NCBI GenBank assembly: GCA_051652765.1
Contig: JBOFUV010000055.1
Span: 1-35,177 of the forward strand
From: Microcoleaceae cyanobacterium
GTDB lineage: Bacteria > Cyanobacteriota > Cyanobacteriia > Cyanobacteriales > Microcoleaceae
Direction: 5' to 3'
Length of the DNA: 35,177 bases
A model generated the notes under the pieces. That model was not told the origin of the DNA. It worked only from the letters and a program-made list of their open reading frames with translations, and made no database searches. This document shows positions 26,130 to 35,177 of the stretch, one piece after another. Position 1 is the first letter of the stretch. The number at the start of each line of letters is the position of its first letter. Position numbers and translations under genes: made by a program.

Positions 26130-28955
26130 ATGTTTGCATCCCTATCAGAGCGGCGTATGCACTGGGTTCGGTGGATCTTAACCCTGGGATGGCTGCTCAT
26201 CATTGCATCGTTATTTTATGATCCCTGGACATCAGCCCTCACAGAACCGAATCATCCCTGGAGCCCTTTGCGCTTACCAGATGGCTGCATTAAACTCCAG
26301 GGCAAGTGTTTGGTAGAACAACCCTATCCCCTAGGCACTACTTTATTTTGGGGTGCGGTTGTCCCTTCAGCCATTTTCATCCTGTTGGTCTTGGGTCATG
26401 AGGTGTGGCGGCGTATTTGTCCCCTTTCCTTTCTCTCGCAAATTCCTCGGGCTTTGGGGATACAGCGGCAATTCAAACGGGAAAACCCGACAACAGGAAA
26501 GGTACGCTACGAACTAGCTAAGGTCAAACCTGATTCCTGGTTGGGGAGAAATTATCCCTATGTTCAATTTGGTTGGTTGTTTGTGGGATTGTGCGGGCGG
26601 ATTTTATTTTTTAATGCGGATCGCTGGGTTTTAGCCGGATGGTTGCTGGGTACAATTGCGATCGCGATCGCGGTTGGCTATTTCTATGGCGGCAAATCCT
26701 GGTGTAATTACTTTTGCCCGATGGCTCCAGTACAGCGCATTTACAGTGAGCCGGGGGGGCTCTTCAGCAGTAAGGCCCACATGAGTAACCAACTGATTAC
26801 TCAATCCATGTGCCGAACCGTATTGCCGGATGGGAAAGAGCAAAGTGCCTGTGTGGCTTGTCAAAATCCTTGTATTGATATTGACTCTGAACGATCCTAC
26901 TGGGATGGGTTGAATCAATCGGAAGATGCTTTCCTGCGGTATGGTTATGTGGGTTTAGTGATTGGTTATTTTGTCTATTACTATCTCTATGCTGGGAGTT
27001 GGGATTATTATTTTTCGGGAGCATGGGCGCGAGATCCGGATCAGTTAGCCTCCTTGTTCAGTCCTGGATTGTATTTATTTGGACAAGCGATTAACATCCC
27101 TAAACTCGTTGCTGTTCCGTTAATCTTGGGGGGTTTTACGGCGATCGGCTATTACGTTGGCATCTGGATTGAACAACGGGCCAAAGCTTATAGCCGTCGT
27201 TATCATCCTAATTTGAGTTCAGAAATCATTCGCCATCGGATTTTTGCCCTTTGTACTTTTGGGATTTTTAACTTCTTTTTCATCTTTGGGGGTCGTCCTT
27301 TAATTGGATTACTGCCGTTGTGGGTGCAATATGCCTATGATATGGGCTTAGTCTTGCTGAGTACCCTCTGGATCGACAAAATCTGGCAGCGGAGTCCTGA
27401 CTTGTATTCTCGAGAAAGTTTAGCGAGTCGGTTCCGCAAACAACTGGAGAAATTGCAGCTGAATGTGGCTCAGTTTTTGGAAGGACGTTCCCTCAGCGAT
27501 TTGAACACCCATGAAGTGTATGTCCTGGCCAAGGTTCTACCCGGTTTCACCCGAGAGAAGCGGCACGAGGCTTACAAGGAAGTTGTGCGAGAGGCGCTGG
27601 AACAGGGCTATGTCAACTACTCCAGTAGTTTAGATGTGTTGCTGCAACTCCGCCAAGAATTGGGGATCACCGATGATGAGCATCGGCAAGTCTTGGATGA
27701 GCTAGGAATTGAAGATCCAGAGCTGTTGAATCCTGATCGCCAGCGCAGTTTAGAAAATCAAATTCGCTTGAGTGGATATCGCAAATCCCTGGAACGGCTG
27801 ATGTTACTCCAGAGCAAGCAAGCTGAGAATCCAGCCAATGCTTTTGATATGTTACTGACCGAAAATTCTGCCGAGGTCAGGAATTTGCGTCGCCAATACT
27901 CGATCACTGCCCAAGAAGAAGGCTGGATTCTGAGTGGTCTGTCTCCTGAAGTGGGTAACATCCGTAGGGCGGAATTTTTGCTGTCCCAACTTCCAGATTT
28001 GATCTTTTGCTATCGAGCCTTGAATCAACCAATGCTGAAAGAGCATCGGGCGATGTCAATGCTGCTGCGAGATAGTATTCATCACAAGAAAGAACTGATG
28101 GTGCGAACTATTTTAGAAACCTTGGCCATGCTGAAAAATGATTCTGCTGCCATTCTTTTGGCCCAAGATTTGGGGCGATTGGCCCCGGCAGTCCTCACAG
28201 AGCTATTTGAGACTGAGAATTGGAGCACTCGGATTCATCCAGAAGTGGCGCAATATCTCAATCAACCCCAAGGCCAACAGAGTGTTTGTTCCTTGGATTA
28301 TTCAGCAGAAGAAATCCTGAGCTATCTTGAGCCCTTACTTCAAGATCAAAATCCGCTGATTCAAATGGCCTGCCTCTACCTGACCGCCCAACTCAATCTG
28401 AACAAAAGTCAGGCGATCGCCCGTAATTATCAAAGTACCCAAAGTTCTTCGTTCCTCAAAGAAACGACTGAGAAACTGCTCTCCCTATCCGATGCCCCTC
28501 CTGCCCTAAGCGAGTTTCCCAAGCTAGAGAAGGTCGTTTATTTATTCAATAGCGATTTCTTTCACCGAATGCACAACGAAACCTTAATCACTCTGGCAGA
28601 TCGGGCGGAAATCAGAACCTATGGAATGGGTGATTTCATTACAGAAGCAGGAGATACCTGCCGGGAATTGCTGCTGCTCGTCTCAGGAGAGGCCAAAATT
28701 CACTTTCATCTGCCTAACGGTGAGGTGCGAACCGAAAATCTCCATGCGGGTCAGACCTTGGATGAGTTGGAAGTCTTGGCCCATACGAACTCGCAAAATA
28801 CGATTATTGCCGATAGCGACGTGACTCGAATTTTGGCCGTTCCTGTTGATACTTTTGATGATCTGCTGGAACTCGATCCTGATTTTGCTCGCCGGGTTTT
28901 AGAACTAGAGAGTCGTCAACTTCAGCGATTGATGCGATCGCTGCAAACAACATAG
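26130..28955 (+). CDS. polytopic membrane protein with 4Fe-4S-binding motifs, helical/HEAT-like region and C-terminal cNMP-binding domain (likely start ATG 26130)
   Basis: WRRICPL, WCNYFCPM and CVACQNPC; C-terminal ITEAGDTCRELLLLVSGEA...GQTLDELEVL. Confidence 0.8.
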   Translation: MFASLSERRMHWVRWILTLGWLLIIASLFYDPWTSALTEPNHPWSPLRLPDGCIKLQGKCLVEQPYPLGTTLFWGAVVPSAIFILLVLGHEVWRRICPLSFLSQIPRALGIQRQFKRENPTTGKVRYELAKVKPDSWLGRNYPYVQFGWLFVGLCGRILFFNADRWVLAGWLLGTIAIAIAVGYFYGGKSWCNYFCPMAPVQRIYSEPGGLFSSKAHMSNQLITQSMCRTVLPDGKEQSACVACQNPCIDIDSERSYWDGLNQSEDAFLRYGYVGLVIGYFVYYYLYAGSWDYYFSGAWARDPDQLASLFSPGLYLFGQAINIPKLVAVPLILGGFTAIGYYVGIWIEQRAKAYSRRYHPNLSSEIIRHRIFALCTFGIFNFFFIFGGRPLIGLLPLWVQYAYDMGLVLLSTLWIDKIWQRSPDLYSRESLASRFRKQLEKLQLNVAQFLEGRSLSDLNTHEVYVLAKVLPGFTREKRHEAYKEVVREALEQGYVNYSSSLDVLLQLRQELGITDDEHRQVLDELGIEDPELLNPDRQRSLENQIRLSGYRKSLERLMLLQSKQAENPANAFDMLLTENSAEVRNLRRQYSITAQEEGWILSGLSPEVGNIRRAEFLLSQLPDLIFCYRALNQPMLKEHRAMSMLLRDSIHHKKELMVRTILETLAMLKNDSAAILLAQDLGRLAPAVLTELFETENWSTRIHPEVAQYLNQPQGQQSVCSLDYSAEEILSYLEPLLQDQNPLIQMACLYLTAQLNLNKSQAIARNYQSTQSSSFLKETTEKLLSLSDAPPALSEFPKLEKVVYLFNSDFFHRMHNETLITLADRAEIRTYGMGDFITEAGDTCRELLLLVSGEAKIHFHLPNGEVRTENLHAGQTLDELEVLAHTNSQNTIIADSDVTRILAVPVDTFDDLLELDPDFARRVLELESRQLQRLMRSLQTT

Positions 28956-28989
28956 ACCTTTCAAACTGTATTAGCTCATCAGAAGTTGC

Positions 28990-29409
28990 TCAACAAACCA
29001 GTTGCTGGGCTTCCCGTTCTAGGGCTTTCAGCAACTTCTGATCGCCCTTGGCTTGGGCAACTTGTTGGCGATGTTCTAAAAGCCGACAGACATTCGCCCG
29101 ATGAACTTGAGCAAAATCATCTTGTGCCTCTACAACGCCTGCTTTTACAAGACCTGCAGAAATACTTTTAGCAGAACCTGGGAGTTGAGTCGTTGGCAGA
29201 TTCAGGGCAACTACGTTATTACTCAGGGCAGAAGTCTTGTAATTAATTCCCCGGTATTTCAAAGTCGAATAGGGCTGAGGCACGGGAATATGCCTAGGAT
29301 AGTGAATGTTCCATTCCTGTCCTCGGTACTTACCGCCCAATTCTCCTTCAACAAAATCCACGGGAGAAAATTGAGTCCTGTAACCAATGCCACGATAAGT
29401 GAAATCCAT
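28990..29409 (-). CDS. DUF4278 domain protein with PirA-like C-terminus
   Basis: Three YRG motifs (FTYRGIGY, GKYRGQEW, LKYRGINY); tail HRANVCRLLEHRQQVAQAKGDQKLLKALERE; AAGGAG RBS. Confidence 0.85.
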   Translation of the reverse strand: MDFTYRGIGYRTQFSPVDFVEGELGGKYRGQEWNIHYPRHIPVPQPYSTLKYRGINYKTSALSNNVVALNLPTTQLPGSAKSISAGLVKAGVVEAQDDFAQVHRANVCRLLEHRQQVAQAKGDQKLLKALEREAQQLVC

Positions 29410-29480
29410 TTTAGTTACTCCTTGGTGTAAATATTAGCCTTGAGGTAAGTTGCCTCAAACTCCAAATAAAAATTTAATTC

Positions 29481-29496
29481 TGTATCTATTGTTACA
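29481..29496. promoter_or_regulatory. NtcA binding site
   Basis: TGTA-TCTATTGT-TACA, a perfect TGTA-N8-TACA about 72 bp upstream of the DUF4278 gene. Confidence 0.75.
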
Positions 29497-29512
29497 TTTT
29501 TTTGGATGAATG

Positions 29513-29542
29513 CCAAGAGGTGTCCGACTGGACACCTCTTGG
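29513..29542. other. perfect 13-bp inverted repeat in the divergent promoter region
   Basis: CCAAGAGGTGTCC-GACT-GGACACCTCTTGG. Confidence 0.85.
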
Positions 29543-29703
29543 TTTGAGTGAATTCTGTTTGAAGGTAGATCGCTAGATGGGGCTATGCTTTTCCGATCCT
29601 TAACTTGAGCTTAACTATCTTTTTTCTGATTCCCCCTTGCCAAGTGTGCCTCACAGTCGGACACTGGACTTGGGAGAATATTGGCAGTTGAGAGGTAAGT
29701 CTT

Positions 29704-30993
29704 GTGAAGAATGTACTATCTATAATTCTGGGTGGCGGTGCGGGTACCCGCCTCTATCCTCTAACCAAAATGCGGGCAAAACCTGCGGTTCCATTGGCGG
29801 GCAAGTATCGGTTAATCGACATTCCCATCAGCAATTGTATCAACTCAGAGATTCTCAAGATCTACATTCTGACGCAATTCAACTCAGCCTCCTTAAACCG
29901 TCATATTGCCCGAACTTACAATTTTTCTGGTTTCACGGATGGATTTACGGAAGTTCTGGCTGCCCAACAAACCACTCTGAACCCCAACTGGTTTCAGGGA
30001 ACAGCAGATGCAGTCCGTCAATATCTCTGGCTATTTAAAGAATGGAACGTTGATCACTATCTGATTTTGTCTGGAGACCATCTCTATCGCATGGACTATC
30101 GAGAGTTTGTTCAGCGTCATATCGATACTGATGCTGATATTACCCTGTCTGTTCTGCCGATTGATGAAAAGCGAGCCTCCGACTTTGGTTTGATGAAGAT
30201 TGATCAAGCAGGTCGCATTATTGACTTTAGCGAAAAGCCCAAGGGCGATGCATTGAAGCTCATGCAAGTAGATACAACGACTCTGGGATTAACCCCTGAA
30301 GAAGCCCAGCAAAATCCCTACATTGCGTCCATGGGAATTTATGTGTTCAGAAAAGAGGTTTTGGATCAGCTCCTGACTGAAAGTGATAGCCAAACTGATT
30401 TTGGGAAGGAAATTATTCCAAACGCAGCCAAGAGTCATAACATTCAAGCTTATCTGTTCAAGGATTATTGGGAAGACATTGGAACGATTGAAGCTTTTTA
30501 TGATGCCAACTTGGCACTGACCCGGCAGCCAACTCCACCGTTTAGTTTCTATGATGAGCAGGCCCCAATCTATACTCGCTCCCGTTACTTGCCCCCTTCT
30601 AAGTTGCTGGATTGTCACATTACAGAATCCATCATTGCCGAGGGTTCCATCCTCAAAAAATGTCGGATTGATCACTCGGTGCTGGGTTTGCGCTCCAGAA
30701 TAGAAAATGATAGTTTGATTGAAGACAGTCTAATTATGGGGGCTGATTTCTACGAGCCCTTTGCTGAACGCCAGTCCAGCCTGGAAGGTGCGAAGGTTCC
30801 AATTGGAATTGGAACAAATACAACGATTCGACGAGCCATTGTGGATAAAAATGCTCGGATTGGTCGTAATGTCAAAATTGTCAACAAAGAGAACATTGAG
30901 CAAGCAGATCGAGATGAGTTGGGCTTCTACATTCGCAGCGGAATTATTGTCATCGTCAAGAACGCGACGATTCCAGATGGAACGGTGATATAG
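29704..30993 (+). CDS. glgC: glucose-1-phosphate adenylyltransferase
   Basis: [49 protein letters not shown] and YWEDIGT; GTG start. Confidence 0.99.
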   Translation: MKNVLSIILGGGAGTRLYPLTKMRAKPAVPLAGKYRLIDIPISNCINSEILKIYILTQFNSASLNRHIARTYNFSGFTDGFTEVLAAQQTTLNPNWFQGTADAVRQYLWLFKEWNVDHYLILSGDHLYRMDYREFVQRHIDTDADITLSVLPIDEKRASDFGLMKIDQAGRIIDFSEKPKGDALKLMQVDTTTLGLTPEEAQQNPYIASMGIYVFRKEVLDQLLTESDSQTDFGKEIIPNAAKSHNIQAYLFKDYWEDIGTIEAFYDANLALTRQPTPPFSFYDEQAPIYTRSRYLPPSKLLDCHITESIIAEGSILKKCRIDHSVLGLRSRIENDSLIEDSLIMGADFYEPFAERQSSLEGAKVPIGIGTNTTIRRAIVDKNARIGRNVKIVNKENIEQADRDELGFYIRSGIIVIVKNATIPDGTVI

Positions 30994-31042
30994 CGATCTC
31001 AATCATTGGTGAAATGGGGTGAACTAGAAGAACGAGCCAGCC

Positions 31043-31519
31043 ATGACAGCATTGATCGTGATGATTGGCCTTCCTGGGAGTGGGAAGTCTTTCCTAGCGA
31101 GTCAATTAGTGAGTCAAATTTATCCCCATTACTGCTTGATCTCAACGGATGGCATTCGGGTAAAGCTTTTTGGAGACGAAGCCATTCAAGGCTCTTGGTT
31201 GAAAATTTGGCAGCAGGTTCACGCTCAGTTGCAGCAAAGTGTTCTCCAAGTTCCCGGAGCAATCTACGATGCGACCAATGTGCAACGCCGCCAGCGCCGC
31301 GAGGTGATCACCTGTGCCAGAACCCTGGGCTTTAGGCGAATCATCGGAGTTTGGCTCAATACTCCCCTGGATCTCTGTCTAGAACGGAATCAACAGCGTG
31401 ATCGCCAGGTTCCTGAGGAGATCATCTTCCGAATGCATCGGCAATTGATTGGAGCTTTACCCTCCCTTGCAGAAGACTTCGACAGTTTAGTGATTCTCCA
31501 ACCCACCAGACGCAGTTGA
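31043..31519 (+). CDS. AAA_33 family predicted P-loop kinase
   Basis: GLPGSGKS, ISTDGIR, YDATN and CLERNQQRDRQVP. Confidence 0.87.
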   Translation: MTALIVMIGLPGSGKSFLASQLVSQIYPHYCLISTDGIRVKLFGDEAIQGSWLKIWQQVHAQLQQSVLQVPGAIYDATNVQRRQRREVITCARTLGFRRIIGVWLNTPLDLCLERNQQRDRQVPEEIIFRMHRQLIGALPSLAEDFDSLVILQPTRRS

Positions 31520-31650
31520 CCCATGAACTCTAAACCGGGCAAAATCAGTACGGGAATTGCGATCGCTCCTGAGCAAGAACCGAACTCAAACCTATTCTCA
31601 ACCTCTGATAAGCTAGAGAAAAAATACTATAAAAATATATTAGGGAACTG

Positions 31651-32676
31651 ATGGCTGCAACAGACTACAAAGATTATTATGCAATTCTGGGGTTGACGAA
31701 AAGCGCGAGTGCTGAGGAACTGAAAAAAGCCTACCGTAGATTAGCCCGTAAGTATCACCCTGACATGAATCCAGGCGATAAAAAAGCTGAATCCCGTTTC
31801 AAAGAAGTGAATGAAGCCTACGAAGTGTTGTCCGACCCTGAAAACCGCAAAAAGTACGATCAGTTTGGTCAGTATTGGAATCAAGTCGGTGATAGTGGAG
31901 GTTGGCCAGGGGGAACAACGGGAGCAACAGGAACAACAGGAACAACAGGAACAACAGTAGATTTTGGTGGATTTGATTTCAGCCAGTTTAATAGCTTTGA
32001 TGAGTTTATCAACACCCTCCTCGGTCGGGCTGCTGCCGCCAACCCTGGAACAGGCCAAAGCTACACCTATCGCACGAGCACCGGGCGATCGCCCTTTAGT
32101 GGGTACGAGGACTTTCCTGGTGGATTTAATCCTCGCGCAAAAGCAATCCCTCGTGATGTTGAAGCCACCATCATCCTAACCCTGGGTGAAGCCTTTCATG
32201 GAACGAAAAAACAGCTTGGTTCAGGGGAGGTGACAATTCCCGCCGGAGTTAAATCAGGCAGCAAAATTCGGATTCGGGGTCAGGGACAAGTTGATCCCAT
32301 GACCCAACAGATGGGGGATTTGTATCTAAAAGTTGAAGTTCAGCCCCACTCCTTCTTCCAATTTGAGGGAGACAACTTAGTCTGTGAAGTCCCCATCACC
32401 CCGGATGAACTCGTTTTGGGCGGATCGATTGAAGTGCCAACCCCCGATGGCTCAGTTACCCTGAATATTCCGACTGGAATGCGTTCCGGACAATCCCTCA
32501 GGCTCAGGGGCAAAGGTTGGCCGCAACCCAAAGGCGGAGGACGAACCGATCAACTGGTGCGGATCGTTGTTGTTGCCCCGAAACCCCTCAGTGCCCTTGA
32601 ACAGGAATGCTATGAAAAACTAAAAGCCAACCGCACCTTTGATCCTCGCACTGCCCTACAACGGATTAAACTCTAA
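31651..32676 (+). CDS. class II DnaJ/CbpA-like co-chaperone
   Basis: J domain with HPD, G/F-rich linker and DnaJ C-terminal domain; no Cys-rich zinc finger. Confidence 0.93.
   Translation: MAATDYKDYYAILGLTKSASAEELKKAYRRLARKYHPDMNPGDKKAESRFKEVNEAYEVLSDPENRKKYDQFGQYWNQVGDSGGWPGGTTGATGTTGTTGTTVDFGGFDFSQFNSFDEFINTLLGRAAAANPGTGQSYTYRTSTGRSPFSGYEDFPGGFNPRAKAIPRDVEATIILTLGEAFHGTKKQLGSGEVTIPAGVKSGSKIRIRGQGQVDPMTQQMGDLYLKVEVQPHSFFQFEGDNLVCEVPITPDELVLGGSIEVPTPDGSVTLNIPTGMRSGQSLRLRGKGWPQPKGGGRTDQLVRIVVVAPKPLSALEQECYEKLKANRTFDPRTALQRIKL
31912..31956 (+). repeat. in-frame 9-bp repeat (GTT/GAT) x5 in the DnaJ linker
   Basis: ggaacaacg ggagcaaca ggaacaaca ggaacaaca ggaacaaca. Confidence 0.9.
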
Positions 32677-32818
32677 GGTTCAGTTTGGTCAACCCGTTAG
32701 TCTATTAGCCTATTTTGTGAACTCGAATTTTGGGGGAAATTAGGGATTGCAGGTTGATTGTGGATTGATCTTAAAGTGTCCCAGCCCAAGAAAGGCGCAA
32801 GAAAATATGAGGATATGT

Positions 32819-32937
32819 TAAGTCAATCAACAGAATTAAACTTAAGATGCGTAGGATGGGTTAGCACAGCGTAACCCATGTGGGCGTTGGGTTCTATGCT
32901 TCAACCCAACCTACAAATCATTGGATGGAGCTACTTA
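32819..32937. mobile_element. MITE-like element (TAAGT...ACTTA) containing an inverted REP pair at 32851-32914
   Basis: GTAGGATGGGTTAGCACAGCGTAACCCAT ... GTTGGGTTCTATGCTTCAACCCAACCTAC: two hairpins bounded by GTAG and CTAC. Confidence 0.7.
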
Positions 32938-32942
32938 GAGCC

Positions 32943-35177
32943 ATGGATGAACTGCTTAGTCAAGCCTATTACGATTTGATCTATACCCTGCTAACCCAGC
33001 CCAGACCTCAAGTCCCCTCAATTCTTAAGGCCCAGGCTCCTGTTGTTGATGACGGATTTTTAGCAACATTGCAGCAAACGGCAACTACACTCGCTGAGCG
33101 TGGTTGCCCAGAAGATGCCGAGTTTTTAACCCACTTGGCCCAGCAATTACAACAGCTTGGAGGATTGGAGAGTTACCTAACACAAGTTGCCCCCTCCCTA
33201 ACCCTCGATTCTCAACCCGCGAATTCTCAACCCGCGAATCCTCAGCCTGCAAATTCTCAGATGCATGTTGAAACAAAGCCTGCCGTAGCGTCAGACTCCG
33301 AACAACAAGCAGAAGCCGAAAAACTGTTCCAACAAGGTCTGCAACAATTTCAAACCAATCACTACACGGCTGCATTTCAAGCTTGGCAACAGGCTCTCTT
33401 GCTTTACCGAGAGATCAACGATGTCAAAGGCGAAATTCACTGTCTGAGTAAGCTCGGCAGTCTCTATCAATCCCTCGGTCAATATCAACAGGCAATTTCC
33501 TGTCATCAGCAATCCTTTGTCTTAGCTCGCAAAGCTCAATATTCCAGAGGAGAGGTCGATGCTCTCAATAGTTTGGGTCTAGTGTGGGATGCCATCGGTC
33601 AGTACAAACAGGCGATCGCAACTTATCAACAAGCCCTAGCCACGACCCAACCGATTCAGTACCGGGTCGCTGAGGCCAATATATTCAGCAACCTGGGGAA
33701 AATTTACGCGGCTCAAGGCCAGATGGATGGAGCAATTCAGTCCTATCAACAGGCGCTAGCGATCGCCCAAGCCATTCAATATCGCTATGGAGAAATCAAC
33801 TTCCACAGTAATCTGGGCAATCTCTACACCATAGTCGGACAAACCGATCAAGCCATTGCCGCCCTCAATCAAGGATTGGATCTGGCCCAAGCCTTGAATT
33901 ATCCCCTCTGGCAGATGCACTTACTGGCCTACCTGGGGAAAGCCTATCAAGTCCAAGGGAAATTCCCTGAAGCGATCGCCACCCTGGAACAGTCCCTCGG
34001 CCTTGCCCGTGACCAAAACGCCCAATCCACTGAAGCCAATGTTTTAAGTGACCTAGCCAAGACTTATCAGGCTCAAGGAAACCTGGATCTAGCCCTTGAC
34101 ACCTATCAACAGGCCCTCGCCCTGAAGCAAAGTTTGCAGGATCGAGAGGGAGAAATCAGCATTCTCAATACCATCGGTCAGATTGATCAAGGGCAACACC
34201 GGTCTGAAACCGCCATTCACAGCTTTCGCACTAGTTTAAACCGGGCAACCCCAACCCTCCAGCCCTGGGAATATTATCGGGCCGGACGGGGTTTGGGGGA
34301 GTTGGGAGAGGCCACAGACAATCCTGAACTCGTGCTTCAAGGCTATGGGGCCGCCTTGGAAGCCCTAGCCGAAATTGACACCGCTAGCCTTCCCCTGGAG
34401 CGACGCTCAGAATTTCAGACGGAATTTACCAATCTAGTTTCAAGACTAGTTCAGACCAACATCCAGCTTCAGCGCCATGAGCAGGCTCTAGAGCAGATTG
34501 AATTCTGGCGGAGTCAGCAGCAAGTGATGGCCTATGCCGGACAACTTCTCCCTCCCCAGGATGAAACGCTGCGATCGCAGCTCACCCTCTACCAGCAGTT
34601 GCATCAGCAAATTCAAGTCCTGATTGCTCGACGGCAGTCAGACGTGATCAAACATCTGGCAACGGTGGGGGTGCGGATCAATAGTCCCGCAACTCAACAA
34701 GCGGAAACAGCGATTCTGAATGCCCTCAACACAGAACGCCAAAAAATTTGGCAGACTATTCGAGAGCGAGATCCCGTTTTGGCGGCGCAACTACGGCCAG
34801 TGCCAATCCAGTTCCCAGAGCTTCAAGCTCTGGTTAAAACACCCAATACTGCCCTGTTGAATTTCTATACCGCGACCGAGCAGACCTATCTGTTTATCCT
34901 GCGCTCCGATCAGCTTCACTGCTTGACCTGTTCTTCAGATGATGGCCAACCGTTACACGTCTGGTTTCAGAAAAACTGGCTAGAACCCATGGTTAAAACA
35001 CCTCTAAGCTGGCGAGATCAGCTCCCTGATTTGCTGGCAGAATTAGCACAGCGTCTTCAGCTTGAGGGCTGGGTCAGTGAACACTTAACCGAAATTCAGG
35101 ACTTAGTGATCGTTCCTGATCATATTTTGGGCTATGTCCCGTTTGCTGCCTTGCCTTTCACTGAGCCCGAGTCTGAG
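32943..35177 (+). CDS. TPR-repeat plus CHAT-domain protein, truncated by the window edge and absent from the ORF track
   Basis: ATG 32943 MDELLSQAYYDLI...; AEKLFQQGLQQ..AAFQAWQQAL; repeated GE..L..LG..Y..LGQYQQAI TPRs; ends in frame with LVIVPDHILGYVPFAALP, the start of a CHAT domain. Confidence 0.9.
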   Translation, partial: MDELLSQAYYDLIYTLLTQPRPQVPSILKAQAPVVDDGFLATLQQTATTLAERGCPEDAEFLTHLAQQLQQLGGLESYLTQVAPSLTLDSQPANSQPANPQPANSQMHVETKPAVASDSEQQAEAEKLFQQGLQQFQTNHYTAAFQAWQQALLLYREINDVKGEIHCLSKLGSLYQSLGQYQQAISCHQQSFVLARKAQYSRGEVDALNSLGLVWDAIGQYKQAIATYQQALATTQPIQYRVAEANIFSNLGKIYAAQGQMDGAIQSYQQALAIAQAIQYRYGEINFHSNLGNLYTIVGQTDQAIAALNQGLDLAQALNYPLWQMHLLAYLGKAYQVQGKFPEAIATLEQSLGLARDQNAQSTEANVLSDLAKTYQAQGNLDLALDTYQQALALKQSLQDREGEISILNTIGQIDQGQHRSETAIHSFRTSLNRATPTLQPWEYYRAGRGLGELGEATDNPELVLQGYGAALEALAEIDTASLPLERRSEFQTEFTNLVSRLVQTNIQLQRHEQALEQIEFWRSQQQVMAYAGQLLPPQDETLRSQLTLYQQLHQQIQVLIARRQSDVIKHLATVGVRINSPATQQAETAILNALNTERQKIWQTIRERDPVLAAQLRPVPIQFPELQALVKTPNTALLNFYTATEQTYLFILRSDQLHCLTCSSDDGQPLHVWFQKNWLEPMVKTPLSWRDQLPDLLAELAQRLQLEGWVSEHLTEIQDLVIVPDHILGYVPFAALPFTEPESE
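33207..33260 (+). repeat. in-frame 15-bp repeat (NSQPA) in the TPR-CHAT linker
   Basis: DSQPA NSQPA NPQPA NSQ. Confidence 0.85.

Larger units (their letters stand above)
1079..34578. repeat. HIP1 octamers GCGATCGC dispersed through the window (about 30)
   Basis: Examples at 1079, 2332, 7288, 8190, 9495, 10624, 12267, 16320, 18071, 22835, 24661, 26658/26664, 31559 and 34571; manual count. Confidence 0.92.

Noticed and set aside
29410..29700. Glutamine (glnA-type) riboswitch expected ahead of DUF4278 genes
   Set aside because: I could not find the CGTTCA...GACGGAAGT...GAAGGAACG pattern on the minus strand.
31545..31600. Possible structured RNA or regulatory motif upstream of the dnaJ-like gene
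   Set aside because: Only a HIP1 site is evident; no convincing stem or CIRCE repeat.
514..32531. Other short ORFs nested in or antisense to well-supported genes
   Set aside because: No motifs; explained as shadow frames.
33085..33512. Two minus-strand ORFs
   Set aside because: Antisense shadows of the TPR-CHAT gene.

Overview
Cyanobacterial chromosomal window, probably from a filamentous species: about 30 HIP1 GCGATCGC octamers counted by eye, plus hpsL, DUF3134-mraY and a TPR-CHAT gene. Most of it is housekeeping: purS/purQ, a pseudo-dihydroorotase, a tandem histidine phosphatase, mraY, cbiX, glgC, a dnaJ-like gene, a KimA-like permease, exoD, MAPEG, a MocR regulator and a MatB-like ligase. 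The most interesting block is a minus-strand operon at 18.3-25.7 kb. It encodes an O-carbamoyltransferase (SxtI-like), an SxtJ-like protein, a 54-aa SxtK-like peptide missed by the ORF track, three membrane-anchored SGNH proteins and an ABC ATPase, with no saxitoxin core genes. The peptide ends in FIYTLF, matching the tyrosine acyl-carrier motif of DltX/MBOAT systems. This suggests an MBOAT-free relay that carbamoylates a cell-envelope polymer (hypothesis). Also present: a frameshifted ArsB/NhaD permease remnant next to a LysM/DUF3289-like gene and a possible immunity-like gene; a DUF4278-PirA-like gene with a perfect NtcA box; a membrane Fe-S/cNMP-binding protein; and several MITE/REP-like elements and short tandem repeats. 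No rRNA, tRNA, CRISPR array or transposase was seen. Family calls come from motif recognition, not database searches.
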